A stretch of DNA of 64,000 bases from Octopus vulgaris (lineage: Eukaryota), in contig OX597830.1 of assembly GCA_951406725.2 (NCBI GenBank), positions 72,168,001 through 72,232,000 on the forward strand. The letters are read 5' to 3'. Positions 14,374 through 27,073 of this stretch are shown here, one piece after another; the first letter of the stretch is position 1; each line of letters starts with the position of its first letter. The notes under the pieces are model-generated. The model saw only the letters and a list, made by a program, of their open reading frames with translations. It had not been told where the DNA came from and did not search any database. Both the position numbers and the translations under genes were made by a program.

Positions 14374-14829
14374 ATATAATAAAAGACAATTATCTGAAGA
14401 AAGATAACAAGAAGGGCATAAATCATGGCAGTAAGAACGATGATTATAAAAAATGTTGAAGTTAGTATTGTGATATTCTCATAAAACGGAAACTTATGTA
14501 ATCATGTCTCGGTCTTTACTGATCATTGTCAATGTCTTAATGGCCAAAATGTTTTCTCAAATACCTGTAAATAAAAAGTTCTTGCTTTTTTACTTACTAC
14601 AACGATAGATTCATACATACTTAAATATATACGCACATGAAAGCATTCATACATATATACATACAAAATCCTCATACTTGTAACCGAAAAATGGTACGGC
14701 TCTCTGATGTCATGAATATTTCAAGGGGAATATTCTAAAGGGGTAATTTACCTGTGCTTCTGTATATTTTGGTCTTAAATCTACTGTCATGTCTTCCACG
14801 GAAATTCACTTGTTATTTCTTGGGTGTGT

Positions 14830-15830
14830 AAAACTAGACACTAATATCATTTTTATCCTCTTCGTGGATAATATAAAAATATATTCTCGAAATATTTTCA
14901 ACCCGAAAATCGGATGGATTCAATTGCAAAATATTCTAATGAAACAGGGATTCAATTTGGTTTAATGAAATAGTTATATTTAAAAACTACACGTGATATA
15001 ACTGTTCCTGAAACCCCAATGTTTTGCGACATTACTCTCTCTGTGTCTTTGCTGTTCTACAAAACAAGTGCCGGCTTAAAAGTATTATGACAGTCATCGC
15101 ATTACTCTTACAACGAGACATTATCCCACAATGAATTTGCAGTATCTGTACTGTACAACGTTTGGGATACTTGCCTGGTCTACAGCGGAAGTCTGGACGA
15201 TAAACATAAAAAATTCGCAATATTCTGGCATTGACTACAAATTTACACAGAGACGGATGCCAATAGATTCTATCTAAGAAGTAAAGAGGGACGAAGAGAT
15301 TTAAGATTAATGGGAGCAACCTTCGAGTGCCATAAAACATCGCTCACAAAGCATCTGCCAAATAATTACAACAGAAATCAATACATCAACCAGTTACTGA
15401 AAATGAAGTGACTAAAATCCTGCTCGTCGGTAGGTGAGTTCCAAAAGATGGGCAAGGCTCGCATATCTCAGCAAAGAACTGGAAGATAAACCCTATATAC
15501 ACCTATATACAAAGTTGTTATACGTGGTTATGTTTCCCGTAAAGGAGAAAAAGATGCCAATATTAACACGAGGAAAGCCTCTTCTAGACTCCTCACTACT
15601 AAATTACGTTACATATTGAAAATTATGTATTTGCAATCCAACAGCTGGAGAAAGCTACCAAATATTTCCTGAACTAGGAATTAAGTGAAGCGTTTCAAAT
15701 CACAAGACGCGCTGGCAAGTGGGCGTTCTTTTCTAGAAGATATAACGCATGCAATATGCAGTTTCCAATAATGTCATGTAGTTATTACTTGCCATTGCGT
15801 TATGATGTTACTAAAACAATATATGGTACT
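14830..15830 (+). pseudogene. Highly decayed R4/Dong-type LINE RT region
   Basis: Collinear remnants LFVDNIKIYS (YMDDIKLY-like), YSNETGIQFGLMK (FS.DIGM.FGL.KC-like), TDANRFYLRSKEGRRDL (DRLYL.RKEGGRGL-like); frameshifted. Confidence 0.55.
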
Positions 15831-15870
15831 CTCCCCAGAAAAGACTGCCCTAGGATACACACAAACAGCA

Positions 15871-16224
15871 GTGGAGGCGCAATGGCCCAGTGGTAATGGC
15901 AGCGGACACGCGGTCGGAGGATCGCGGTTTCGATTCCCAGACCGGGCGTTGTGAGTGTTTATTGAGCGAAAACACCTAAAGCTCCACGAGGCTCTTGCAG
16001 GGGGTGGCAGCGACCTGTTGTACTCATTCGCTCCAACTTTCTCTCATTCTTTCTTCCTGATTCTTATCCCCGACTTCCTACATAACCGCTGAGCCGGGAT
16101 GCGCATTCATTCATCCGTCGATGCTCTCGGTGTCGTGGGGTTGACCTGCTTTCTCTTCTGTGGGTCTTACGAATAGCTAAGGACTTCTCCCATCTTGCGA
16201 GCTCAACAGCAACAGCATCGCTCA
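15871..16224 (+). mobile_element. SINE-B full length with 12-bp TSD
   Basis: GGAGGCGCAATGGCCCAGTGG head, TTTCGATTCCC B-box-like motif; ACACAAACAGCA at 15859-15870 and 16225-16236. Confidence 0.9.
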
Positions 16225-16839
16225 ACACAAACAGCATTTTTGCCATGGAATACTTATCGACAAACTATTTTAAAGTCCTACCAAGTGCAAACTTAAAAGA
16301 TCTATCAATTATTTGGGATTAAAAAAAAAGGTGTAGAAGTGTCATGTACTGCCCAAGAAATTAGTTAAAAACAGATATGAACATCTCCAAAATTAGCGAG
16401 AATATTTTTTGAACAACTGCTACGAAACCTGAAATTTACATTCATATGAATAGTCGTTTGGTCAATCGTTTATATTGATAAAGGTCTAAGCCAGAATCTG
16501 GAGAAGCTTTGATTTTCATGCAAAGGAACTGATCGGCTTCAATGAAATTTGCAGATTTAAACTGTAAGCGGAATCAGCTAAACTTTACTTGCTAGAAATA
16601 GCAACACAAATGTTTTTAAATCACATCCAAATGCTGGATGCTCAAGAAACCAAATGAAGGGCAGCATTTCGATCTCTGGATCATCCTGATTCCAAAATGG
16701 TATAATAAACCTATGTTGAGCAAGTGTAGACTGAGACAGACTGACAAAATTTCGCTCTGACATATCTGTGTGCGTGTGTAACTACCTGGGCACGGGTATG
16801 TATGCGTGCATGTATTGTGCTGACAGCTAGCTCTCAACG

Positions 16840-17003
16840 TTTTTTTTTTATTCGCTTTCTGTTTATTTTCTCGTGTTCCTTTCTGTTGAAGAGCGTAGGC
16901 TCGAAACGTAAACGTATTTCTCACTTTCCCGAGCGTTAAACTAATACACCTGTTTGTTGTTTATACATCTGTCTTCATCTTTTGTTTTTCTGTAAATTTC
17001 AGC
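16840..17003 (+). mobile_element. Hammerhead-motif module (Penelope-like pLTR remnant)
   Basis: CTTT-CTGTTGA-A-GAGC-GTAG-GCTC-GAAAC-GTA at 16879-16910; homologous to 27510 and 27820 modules; ends in (TA)n. Confidence 0.65.
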
Positions 17004-17230
17004 TATATATATATATATACATATGGTGAGAGAAAGGGAAAGAGAGGATAAGGGAGATGTATGTGAAATAAATTCCTGTAATTCTATACTTAAAAATCTT
17101 AAAGCTTACCCCACTGTTTATCTATTTAAAACAATTAACAAGAACATATAACAATGTTTATATTTATAACTCAAAAACATTAAATGAAGTAGTTATTACC
17201 CCTTATTCTTCCTTCGCCTCCTCTTGGTTG

Positions 17231-17259
17231 TCATCATCATCATCATCATCATCAACATT

Positions 17260-17291
<32 letters not shown>

Positions 17292-17292
17292 T

Positions 17293-17356
<64 letters not shown>

Positions 17357-17377
17357 ATTACATCGTCGTCGTCGTCA
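17231..17377. repeat. (TCA)n microsatellite
   Basis: Visible. Confidence 0.95.
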
Positions 17378-17750
17378 TGGTGAGCTGGCAGAACCGTTAG
17401 CTTATCGGGGAAAATGGTTAGCGATATTTATTTTGTCTCTTTACGTTCTATGTTCAAATTCCGCCGAGGTCGACTGTAACCTTCGTGGTCGATAAAATAA
17501 GTGCCAGTTGAAACCTAGAGTCGATGTAATCCGCTTCCCAACTCATTTAATATCCTGCCCTTGCCCCAAAACTTGAAAAGGGAGTGGTGAGCTCGCAGAA
17601 TTTTTAGGGCATCGGCAAAAAGCTTTGGGCCATTTGTTTAGGCTCTTCATATTTTGAGCTCAAACCCCGAAGGTATTGACTTTAAGTACCAGTCAAATAC
17701 TGGGGTCGATGTATACGACAACCCTCCCTTTTGCTGGCCCACTTCCAAAA
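17378..17750 (+). mobile_element. Two tandem decayed SINE-C copies
   Basis: Heads TGGTGAGCTGGCAGAA (17378) and TGGTGAGCTCGCAGAA (~17585); AAGTACCAG..GGGGTCGATG core. Confidence 0.75.
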
Positions 17751-17799
17751 CTTCTTGCATTTTATTTTCATTTTAACTCAGGTTTTATTGGAACACGTA

Positions 17800-18203
17800 G
17801 TGTCGTGCATGTGCAGCGGACTTGCGGCCTGCAGTATACGGTACCATACTATCTGTTCTTTTTAATCATCTGATTATTCTGGCCGTGCCAAGGAGGCAAC
17901 CAATTCTACTGGGCACCGTATTCCGATTTCCTTCGGATTCCTCTTAATACTTTGTGATACTATCCACAAGCATCAACAAAAATTGTCACAATCTTCACAC
18001 ACTTCATTCTCCATAGCCGGGCTGTTTAGTAATCAAGAAGATTGTATATATCTGTTTTCTCGCCTTCCTTCTTGACTACTCGTGGGTCAAAGGAGCAAAA
18101 AATCAATTATATAGCACATGTGATGCACCTTGTCCACCACCACTAAGTCTGCTTTGTTATGCTGTAGCACCTCATATGTTTAGATTGGAAAATCCAACAG
18201 GAC
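17800..18203 (-). pseudogene. R4/Dong-type LINE C-terminal restriction-like endonuclease fragment
   Basis: Minus strand reads DFPI*TYEVLQHNKADLVVVDKVHHMCYIID...FDPRVVKKEGEK...RLWRMKCVKIV, resembling the (R/K)PD...D...EK..KY RLE motif. Confidence 0.7.
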
Positions 18204-18216
18204 TATTATTATTATT

Positions 18217-18742
18217 GAGTGAGCGAGCAGAGCATGCCATCAAAGTGACACTGGGATAAAATATACGAAGTCCAGTATACCCATCATGACTACCCGTCTG
18301 ATAAGGGTACACCAGGCACATGCATCACAACCATATGTGCGCGACATGGTGATCTCATATCAAGATAAACAGCACATGACCTTGCAGGTGGAGCCCAGTT
18401 AGAATTTTCTTCAGATCGAGTAACCCATCCCGCTCAAAAGGTCCCTGAATAAGAGTTGTTTAAGGACGTTGAACGAAACACCCATGTTTCCAGAGGTGAA
18501 TTATTCAAACACCAAAGAATCCTTCTCAACACATGGCTATGATGCTCCCCCACTACTTCTGCTCGTGATCAGAGATGCACAACTGGTTATGGTCAAACAA
18601 CTGACAAGCAAATCTGTGGTATTGAGCAGAATATTTGCTGTAGCCCATCTTTTATACCAAGACAAAACAATGTACATGATAACACTTCCAATCAGTTAAG
18701 ATCAGAAGCCATGAGAGCCTCTGCCTGGTACTGCATCAGGGC

Positions 18743-18744
<2 letters not shown>
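18217..18744. mobile_element. ~530 bp interspersed element bounded by (TTA)n on both sides
   Basis: Complex sequence with sharp edges between TATTATTATTATT (18204-18216) and the long (TTA)n from 18745. Confidence 0.55.
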
Positions 18745-18815
<71 letters not shown>

Positions 18816-18828
18816 ATTATTATTTTTA

Positions 18829-18872
<44 letters not shown>

Positions 18873-18968
18873 GTTATTGTTATTGTTGTTTTTGTTATTG
18901 TTGTTGTTTTTGTTCTTGTTTTTGTTTTTGTTGTTTTTGTTGTTATTATTATTATTATTATTATTATT

Positions 18969-19033
<65 letters not shown>
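18745..19033. repeat. (TTA)n/(TTG)n microsatellite
   Basis: Visible. Confidence 0.95.
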
Positions 19034-19035
<2 letters not shown>

Positions 19036-19354
19036 TTTTTCTTCTTCCTTCAGTTTTGCTTCCTTTTCTTGCCGAGTGTCTTCCCAACATCTAAGACAAA
19101 GGAACTCGCTGTATACATTGATAGGTCATTAAAATAAACACACCAGATTGTACATTTACAAAACCAAATAAAGTTATGTAAGAAAGAGTATATATTTACA
19201 TAGACGGTTATCGTTCTCACAGCGAAAATGCTCCTTTCAGTACATGTGATGTACCAGTTAAAATAATATTATGCACTTCTAGCAGCGATTGTAAGGCAAG
19301 GATCATTCTGAAATAATTTTCGGTTCATATTTGTTTATTCTTAATGTTCGTACA

Positions 19355-19832
19355 ATTTCTGCACGCCGGGTGAAATGCTTGGGGGTATTTCGTCCGTCTT
19401 TTCGTTCTGAGCTCAAATTCCACCGATGTCGACTTTGCATTTCCTCCTTTCGGGGGTCGCTAAAATAAGTACCAGTTGAGTACTGGAGTCGATTTAAACG
19501 ATATAGTCCCTCCCACGAAAATGGTGGCCTTGTGCCAAAATTTAGGCCATTATTATTCTTAATATTGTTGTTATTCTTGTTGTTCTCTTTGTTGTTGCTG
19601 TTGTTACTATTACGATTATTGAAACAGGGCTGAGATTGCAGAATCGTTAACATTCCAGAAGAAACGCTTAGTAGTATTTCGCCCTACACGCTCTGAGTTC
19701 AAATTCTGTCAAGTTCAACTTTGTATATCATACTTACGGGTTCGATAAAATAAATACAAGACAAGTACCGGAGTCGATGTAATCGACTTACCCCCAGCAC
19801 CAAAATTTCAGGCTTTATCCTATACTAGAAAG
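19355..19832 (+). mobile_element. Two SINE-C copies
   Basis: GCACGCCGGG..TTCTGAG.TCAAATTC..GTCGAT cores at ~19360 and ~19630. Confidence 0.8.
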
Positions 19833-20666
<834 letters not shown>

Positions 20667-21462
20667 TTCTTTAAAGTTAAACATTAAGCATAGAAAAGCG
20701 AAACATTCACATGCGATACGTTTATTTACATTATTAACTTATTTCAGCAACGTAATTTGACTAAATTTGTAATTTAGCTTCGCAAAAACACTACACTATC
20801 GCACAAGGAGAAACAAAAAATATATAATATAGGATAGAAAAAATAAACACATTGAAAAAAAAAAAATAATAATAATAAAGCGTTCCAAGAAAACACACAA
20901 AAAATATCCAAAAAGGTACAACAGACAAATGAAGTTTATGTTGACGTGTTTTGGCTGTTTGTCTATGGAAACCATACGTTTTTTTTTTTATTGTATTTCT
21001 TAATAAAACAGAAGGCGGTCTAGCAAGAAATGTTGATATTTGGTAGGTTTATATTTATTTACTTATTCATTTTACTTTATTTGTTTTTGATTCTGTTAGT
21101 GCCGAAGGGAGACCAGATGGAGTTTGTAAAGAATGGTAGTGTTTATCTCGTTACTTCTGTTGACGTTAGATGCTGTCATCGAGTGTTAAATATACGCCGA
21201 AGATACACGGTTGCTTACAAGATATACATTTAATCTCGCTCGCAACATGTGAAAGATGCATACACAAAACCCGTAAACTACTCCCTTTCTTTCTTCTCCC
21301 CCTCTCTCTCTCTCACACTCATCATTGATACCTACACATACATACATGCAAACTTACGCATATCCACACCTATATATATATATATATATTAAGGTATGTA
21401 GAAAAATACAACATGGACAAGAACGTATAACTCTTAGAAGACGACACAATATAAAAAAAAGA

Positions 21463-21507
<45 letters not shown>

Positions 21508-21935
21508 GTTATATATATATATACATATAAAACATATAAAACTTGGAAAAAGGATGCGTGGCGCTCAATCATATAACAATATATAAATATATGCATATAT
21601 ACATACATATATGTACATACCTACATTTATATGTATATATATACATGCATATATGGCTAGAGGACATAAAACAACGTTGAACACAATAAGAAACGAAAAC
21701 ATAAAAACAAAAAACATGTAACGAACTTTTTTTTTCAAGCAAAGAAAAAACAGAGTACAAGACATACAACACAAGGAATATTCCTCTTCTTCAGTTGTCC
21801 CTGTTTCGTCTATTCCTGTTTCGAAGGTAATATATATATATATATATATATACCCATGTGTACATATATTTTATACATTACCTCTATATATACAAACATA
21901 TGATTATATATGTACACACATATCTACATGTGTCT

Positions 21936-23251
21936 TAAATCCTTAAATCCTTAAAAATGTTTTAGCCCGAAGGCCGCGGCCATGCTGGGGCACCACCGCT
22001 GAATGAGCTACACTAGTTTGTGAATCCACCTCTGATACGTGGCACTTGATCAACAAGGGAGTTCGATGCTGCTGCCCGCATCCGTGTCTCCTGTCGTGAG
22101 GTAGGTTCATCTAGGACTCCCAACAAGAAGAGATCCAGTTTAGTTTTAAAGAAACCCACATCCACACCATGTAAGTCTCTCAGGCATTTAGGGAGGATGT
22201 TAAAGAGCTGTGGTCCTCTGAAACCCAAGCTGTTGCAGTATCTGGACCTGTATTTTGATGGTGATGTTGGAATCCTTGGCACCACGCAGCGGCGCCCCGT
22301 TCTGCGGTTGGAGTAACTTTGAATGCCAAAGTTTGGGACAAGACCCTCCAGGATTTTCCAGATGTATATCACTGCATATCTCTCCCGCCTCCGCTCCAGG
22401 GAGAAGAGGTTTAATACCTTCAGTCTTTCCCAGTAGCTGACATTTTGCATTGAGACGATTTTCTTTGTGTAGCTTCTCTGAGTTGCTTCGAGTTCTGCTG
22501 TTTGTTTTATATTGTGTGGTGACCAAAGTTGGGAGCAGTAGTCCAAGCGGCTGAGGACAAATGTTTTCCATAGGACCATCAGTGTCTCCTTCTCTCTTGT
22601 TCTGAAAGTTCGGAGAATCCATCCAGCTAGCCGTCTGCATTTTATCACCAGATTAGCAATATGCATTTGGAAAGATGCATCATTGCTCATGTCAATGCCC
22701 AGGTCACGCACTGATTTTGACTCAGGGATTGCAATTCTTCCTGGGTCAGTGTATCCAGTCTTCACGTCATTTACCTTTGTGTGCCAGTAGCGCAGGGCCT
22801 GGAACTTACCTGCATTAAACTGCATGTTGTTGTCCTCAGCCCACCTGTATATTGTGTCCAGCTCATGTTGCAGATGCGCAATATTTTCAGGGTTTTGTAT
22901 TGCGTGGGAGACTTTTGTGTCATCTGCATAGCTAGCAAGGGTGGTCATCGTAGCAACTGAAGGCATGTCTGAAAGGGCCACTATGAACATCAGTGGCCCC
23001 AAGACAGTGCCCTGTGGGACACCGCTTGTTATTTGCGTTTCCCTGGAGGTGGCTCCATTGCTCACAACTGCCTGTTTTCTGTCTTTTAGGAAGTTGTGCA
23101 GCCACTCTCCAAGTTTCCCGCCTATGCCGAGACCACGCAGTTTGTGACAGATCATACCATGGTCGACTTTATCAAAGGCTTTTGCAAAGTCAAGATATAT
23201 TACATCCACATTTGAGCCATTTAGTAGCTGTTTCAACACCCAGTCATAGTG
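21936..23251 (-). mobile_element. 5'-truncated CR1-type LINE with intact 3' end
   Basis: Open RT frame, short 3' UTR with stem-loop, 8-nt tail repeat (AAGGATTT); possible TSD GTGTCT at 21930-21935 and 23249-23254. Confidence 0.92.
22013..23251 (-). CDS. LINE ORF2 C-terminal part (reverse transcriptase), CR1/L2 group; no true start
   Basis: YLDFAKAFDKVDH, SGVPQGTVLGP, YADDTK, RDLGI, SRLDYCSQLWSP, LEATQR, SYWERLKVLNLFSLERRRER; the first ~11 aa of the ORF track come from flanking microsatellite. Confidence 0.93.
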   Translation of the reverse strand, partial: HYDWVLKQLLNGSNVDVIYLDFAKAFDKVDHGMICHKLRGLGIGGKLGEWLHNFLKDRKQAVVSNGATSRETQITSGVPQGTVLGPLMFIVALSDMPSVATMTTLASYADDTKVSHAIQNPENIAHLQHELDTIYRWAEDNNMQFNAGKFQALRYWHTKVNDVKTGYTDPGRIAIPESKSVRDLGIDMSNDASFQMHIANLVIKCRRLAGWILRTFRTREKETLMVLWKTFVLSRLDYCSQLWSPHNIKQTAELEATQRSYTKKIVSMQNVSYWERLKVLNLFSLERRRERYAVIYIWKILEGLVPNFGIQSYSNRRTGRRCVVPRIPTSPSKYRSRYCNSLGFRGPQLFNILPKCLRDLHGVDVGFFKTKLDLFLLGVLDEPTSRQETRMRAAASNSLVDQVPRIRGGFTN

Positions 23252-23282
23252 TCTGTATATACACACACACACACACACATAC

Positions 23283-23336
<54 letters not shown>

Positions 23337-23534
23337 TATGTGTGTATATTTAGGTATTTATATATTTACAAACATATGCATAGGCATCCGTTCACACAGA
23401 CACTCAAACATGCATACATATATACATACTTAGATGTACACACCGTTTAGTTTTGGAAATATATCACTAATCCGGCACACGTAGAAGATCCACTGCACAA
23501 AATTACATACATAAGTTCTTACATACATGCATAC

Positions 23535-23942
23535 AGGCGCAGGAGTGGCTGTCTGGTAAGTAGCTTGTTTACCAATCACATGGTTCCGGGTTCAATCCCA
23601 CTGTGTGGCACCTTGGGCAAGTGTCTTCTACTATAGCCTCGGGCCGACCAAAGCCTTGTGAGTGGATTTGGTAGACGGAAACTGAAAGAAGCCTGTCGTA
23701 TATATGTATATATATATGCGTGTGTGTGTGTTTGTGTGTCTGTGTTTGTCCCTCTAGCATTGCTTGACAACCGATGCTGGTGTGTTTACGTCCCCGTTAC
23801 TTAGCGGTTCGGCAAAAGAGACCGATAGAATAAGTACTGGGCTTACAAAAGAATAAGTCCCGGGGTCGAGTTGCTCGATTAAAGGCGGTGCTCCAGCATG
23901 GCCGCAGTCAAATGACTGAAACAAGTAAAAGAGTAAAAGAGT
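23535..23942 (+). mobile_element. SINE-A full length
   Basis: Best-preserved type copy; tail AAGTAAAAGAGTAAAAGAGT. Confidence 0.93.
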
Positions 23943-24514
23943 ATACATAAGGACATTCATATACACATAAGTAGGTGTGTATATATATATATGTATATAT
24001 ATTAAAATTCAAATACATGTATTTATAAGCATATATGTATGTGTAATTAGGTGTTGTTTCCAGTTTGTTTATCTTCCTATGTGTATAAGCTTATATGAAT
24101 ACACGCATACCCACTCACCTGCATGTATATATTCTCATATGTGCATGAATATTTGTGTACTCCATGTACACATGTGTGTGGATCTGTATTTATAATCATA
24201 CATGTAATTGTATAAGTGTAAGTAAAATGTATACGAGTTTATAATTAGTAGTTATTATGCATTAACACATAAACAAACATCCCTATATCCCTATCGCCAC
24301 GATATACACATATTGTGATTAATTTACACGCACGCTGTCACAAGCACAGATGAGAACGTTAACACAAACATCCATATATTTTGCTAGACAAATAGGCAGA
24401 TAGATAAATAGAGAGATAGATAAATAAATAAAGAGATAGATAGATACATACATACGTACATACTTACATAGACGGGCAGACAAACAGCTAGAATCATATT
24501 TAGATATACAGATT

Positions 24515-24551
24515 GTTAGATTGATTGATTGATAGATAGATAGATAGATAT

Positions 24552-24606
<55 letters not shown>

Positions 24607-24900
24607 TATAGATAGATAGATAGACAGGCAGATAGAAAGAGAGAGACAGCTGGATTCATAGATATGCAGATAGATAGATAACTAGATAGATAGATAGATA
24701 GATACATAGATAGATAGATAGATAGATAGATATATAGATAGGTAAGTAGGTAGGTTGGTAGGTAGGTAGGTAGGAAGGTAGGTAAGAATGTATGTATGTA
24801 TGTATGTATGTAGGTAGGTAGGTAGGTAGGTAGGTAGGTAGGTAGGTAGATAGGTAGGTAGTAGGTAGTAGGTAGGTAGGTAGGTAGGTAGGTAGGTAGA
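24515..24900. repeat. Compound (GATA)n/(TATG)n/(TAGG)n microsatellite
   Basis: Visible. Confidence 0.95.
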
Positions 24901-25549
24901 GTAATGCCTCGGTACACGAGTTGATTTGTTCCTGGAGATGTAATTCGTTCTCAGAAAAATATTTTACCTATATAATTTATAATACTCGTAAATAAATTAC
25001 CATAAATTAACAAGCGAATGTAAAGAATAGTTTATGAAAAGTAAAAAGAATATCGAGATTATTTATAATAATATCATTATAATCGTTTTCTGAATCGCAT
25101 TCGCTCCCATTAGTCTCGCGCTCACCATCCCTTGTAGATGCGTTCGCCGATTCACAAGCACTCGTAGACAGGCCTGTAGATATCTTTTTTTTTTTAAATC
25201 AAGTCTAGAGTTGTTTGCTTAGAAGAAGTCCTTGTTTGCTCTCTCTATACACAAGAGGAGTAAATCTAAATCCGTTGTGGTAGTCTCACCCTGGTGCAGA
25301 TTAGAAACTTTATGTAGGAGCATCACGTGTGGAAGCAAAAGCAGATATTTTTGCTTACGCAAATAAATAAAACAAAAAAAAATAGTTTTGTTCATAAAGA
25401 AATATTCACTCTTAAATGCAGCATGAATACTTCAATAATTATTTGTCTGCCATTACTATTGTTATATTCAAGAACGAAATCGATGTTTTTTCCACTTCAA
25501 TTATTACATAATTTTACTCTTATAAAAATCCACACAAACAGGAGGAGTA

Positions 25550-25589
<40 letters not shown>

Positions 25590-25722
25590 CTTTGAATGTG
25601 GCTCCCTAGAAACAGTAAAAGTAATTACCGGATCAACGACGGGTAACATTACTTGTAGGAAATATATGTAATTGCAACGAAGTTATTAAAATTTCAGATC
25701 CGTTTGTGACTTTGGGGCCACC

Positions 25723-25773
<51 letters not shown>

Positions 25774-25794
25774 CAGCTAAGCGCAATATGATAC

Positions 25795-26028
25795 CTATTT
25801 CTTTACTACCCACAAGGGGCTAAACACAGAGGGGATAAACAAGGACAGAAAAACGGATTAAGTCGATTAGATCGACCCCAGTGCGTAACTGGTACTTATT
25901 TAATCGACCCTGAAAGGAAGAAAGGCAAAGTCGACCTCGGCGGAATTTGAACTTAGAACGTAACGGCAGACGAAATACCGCTAAGTATTTTGCCCAGCGT
26001 GTTAACGATTTTGCCTGCTCGCCGCCTT
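25795..26028 (-). mobile_element. SINE-C full length (GGTAGTAAAGAAATAG tail subfamily)
   Basis: Reverse complement of the 30416-30630 copy. Confidence 0.9.
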
Positions 26029-26594
26029 ACGATACCATAAAAGAAAAATTCAATTGTCATTAAGTGTGACTAAGGGCGCCGGCGAACCTACATTGCTAGA
26101 AATAAGAAATAAAATACCCTTAATGTTATAGGAAGAGCGCAGATATATGATTATAGGGAAGGCAACATCCACATGCCGACACGAAATCCTTTAGACTATC
26201 CGTCTAGTTTCGTCTATTCCGTAGATCTCTTCAGTGCATGCATTCACATTTACATGTGAATGTACGCGTTGCGGGTTTGTATGTTTGTCACATAATTCTG
26301 TATAGAAGAAGTCGATAGCATGCTATACGTGAAGACGTTGGGATTTTACATACACACACACACGCACTCATATACCAACATACGCGCGCGCACACACACA
26401 CACACACAAATAATACATGGAGAGATAGAGAGAGAGATAAAGTGCGAGAGAGATAGACTTCAATCGCAAGTCACCGTACTGGCAATAGCAATTCTCATGA
26501 GTGCTTAGTGAAATCATTCACTAATAAAAATAATAACAAGCTTATGTTAACTATACCGTTAATTAATGTTAATTAATGTTGACCTTCATTAATT

Positions 26595-27073
26595 AATAAT
26601 ACTCTCTGTATTAAGATAGAGAACTGCCGTATTTCTTAGCACGCCGGGCAAAAAGATTAGCGGCATTTCGTTCATATTTACGTTCTGAGTTTAAATTGCG
26701 CTGGGGTCGACTTTGCTTTCATTCCTTCCGGCTCGATTGGATAAGTACCAGTTGAGCACTGGGGTCGATATAATGGAATTATTCCTCCACGAAGCTGCTG
26801 GCTTTGTGCCAAAATTTTAAATCAATAATACTCTCTGTATTAAGGCGGTGAGCTGGTAGAATCGTTAGCACGTCGGTCAAAATATTTAGCGACATTTCAT
26901 CCGTCTAACGTTCTGAGTTCGAAATCAACCGAGGTCGACATTGCCATTCGTACTTCTTTCAGTCAATAAAACACGTACCATTTGCGCGCTGGGGTCGATA
27001 TAAACGACTTACTCCTCTACGATATTGCTGGACTACTACCAAAGTTTAAAACCAATATCATTCTCTGTATTAA
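26595..27073 (+). mobile_element. Tandem SINE-C pair bracketed by three ~20-bp direct repeats
   Basis: AATAATACTCTCTGTATTAA at 26595 and 26824, variant at 27054. Confidence 0.85.

Noticed and set aside
15873-15945. tRNA-like sequence
   Set aside because: SINE head continuing into a repeat body with a TSD; not a tRNA gene.
21770-21830. CUGAAGA plus hairpin on the minus strand
   Set aside because: No GAAA after the stem, so hammerhead topology is not met.
22200-23334. Overlapping alternative-frame ORFs
   Set aside because: Shadows of the LINE RT frame.
26595-27073. Direct repeats with spacers (CRISPR-like)
   Set aside because: Spacers are ~210-bp homologous SINE copies, there are no cas genes, and the context is eukaryotic.
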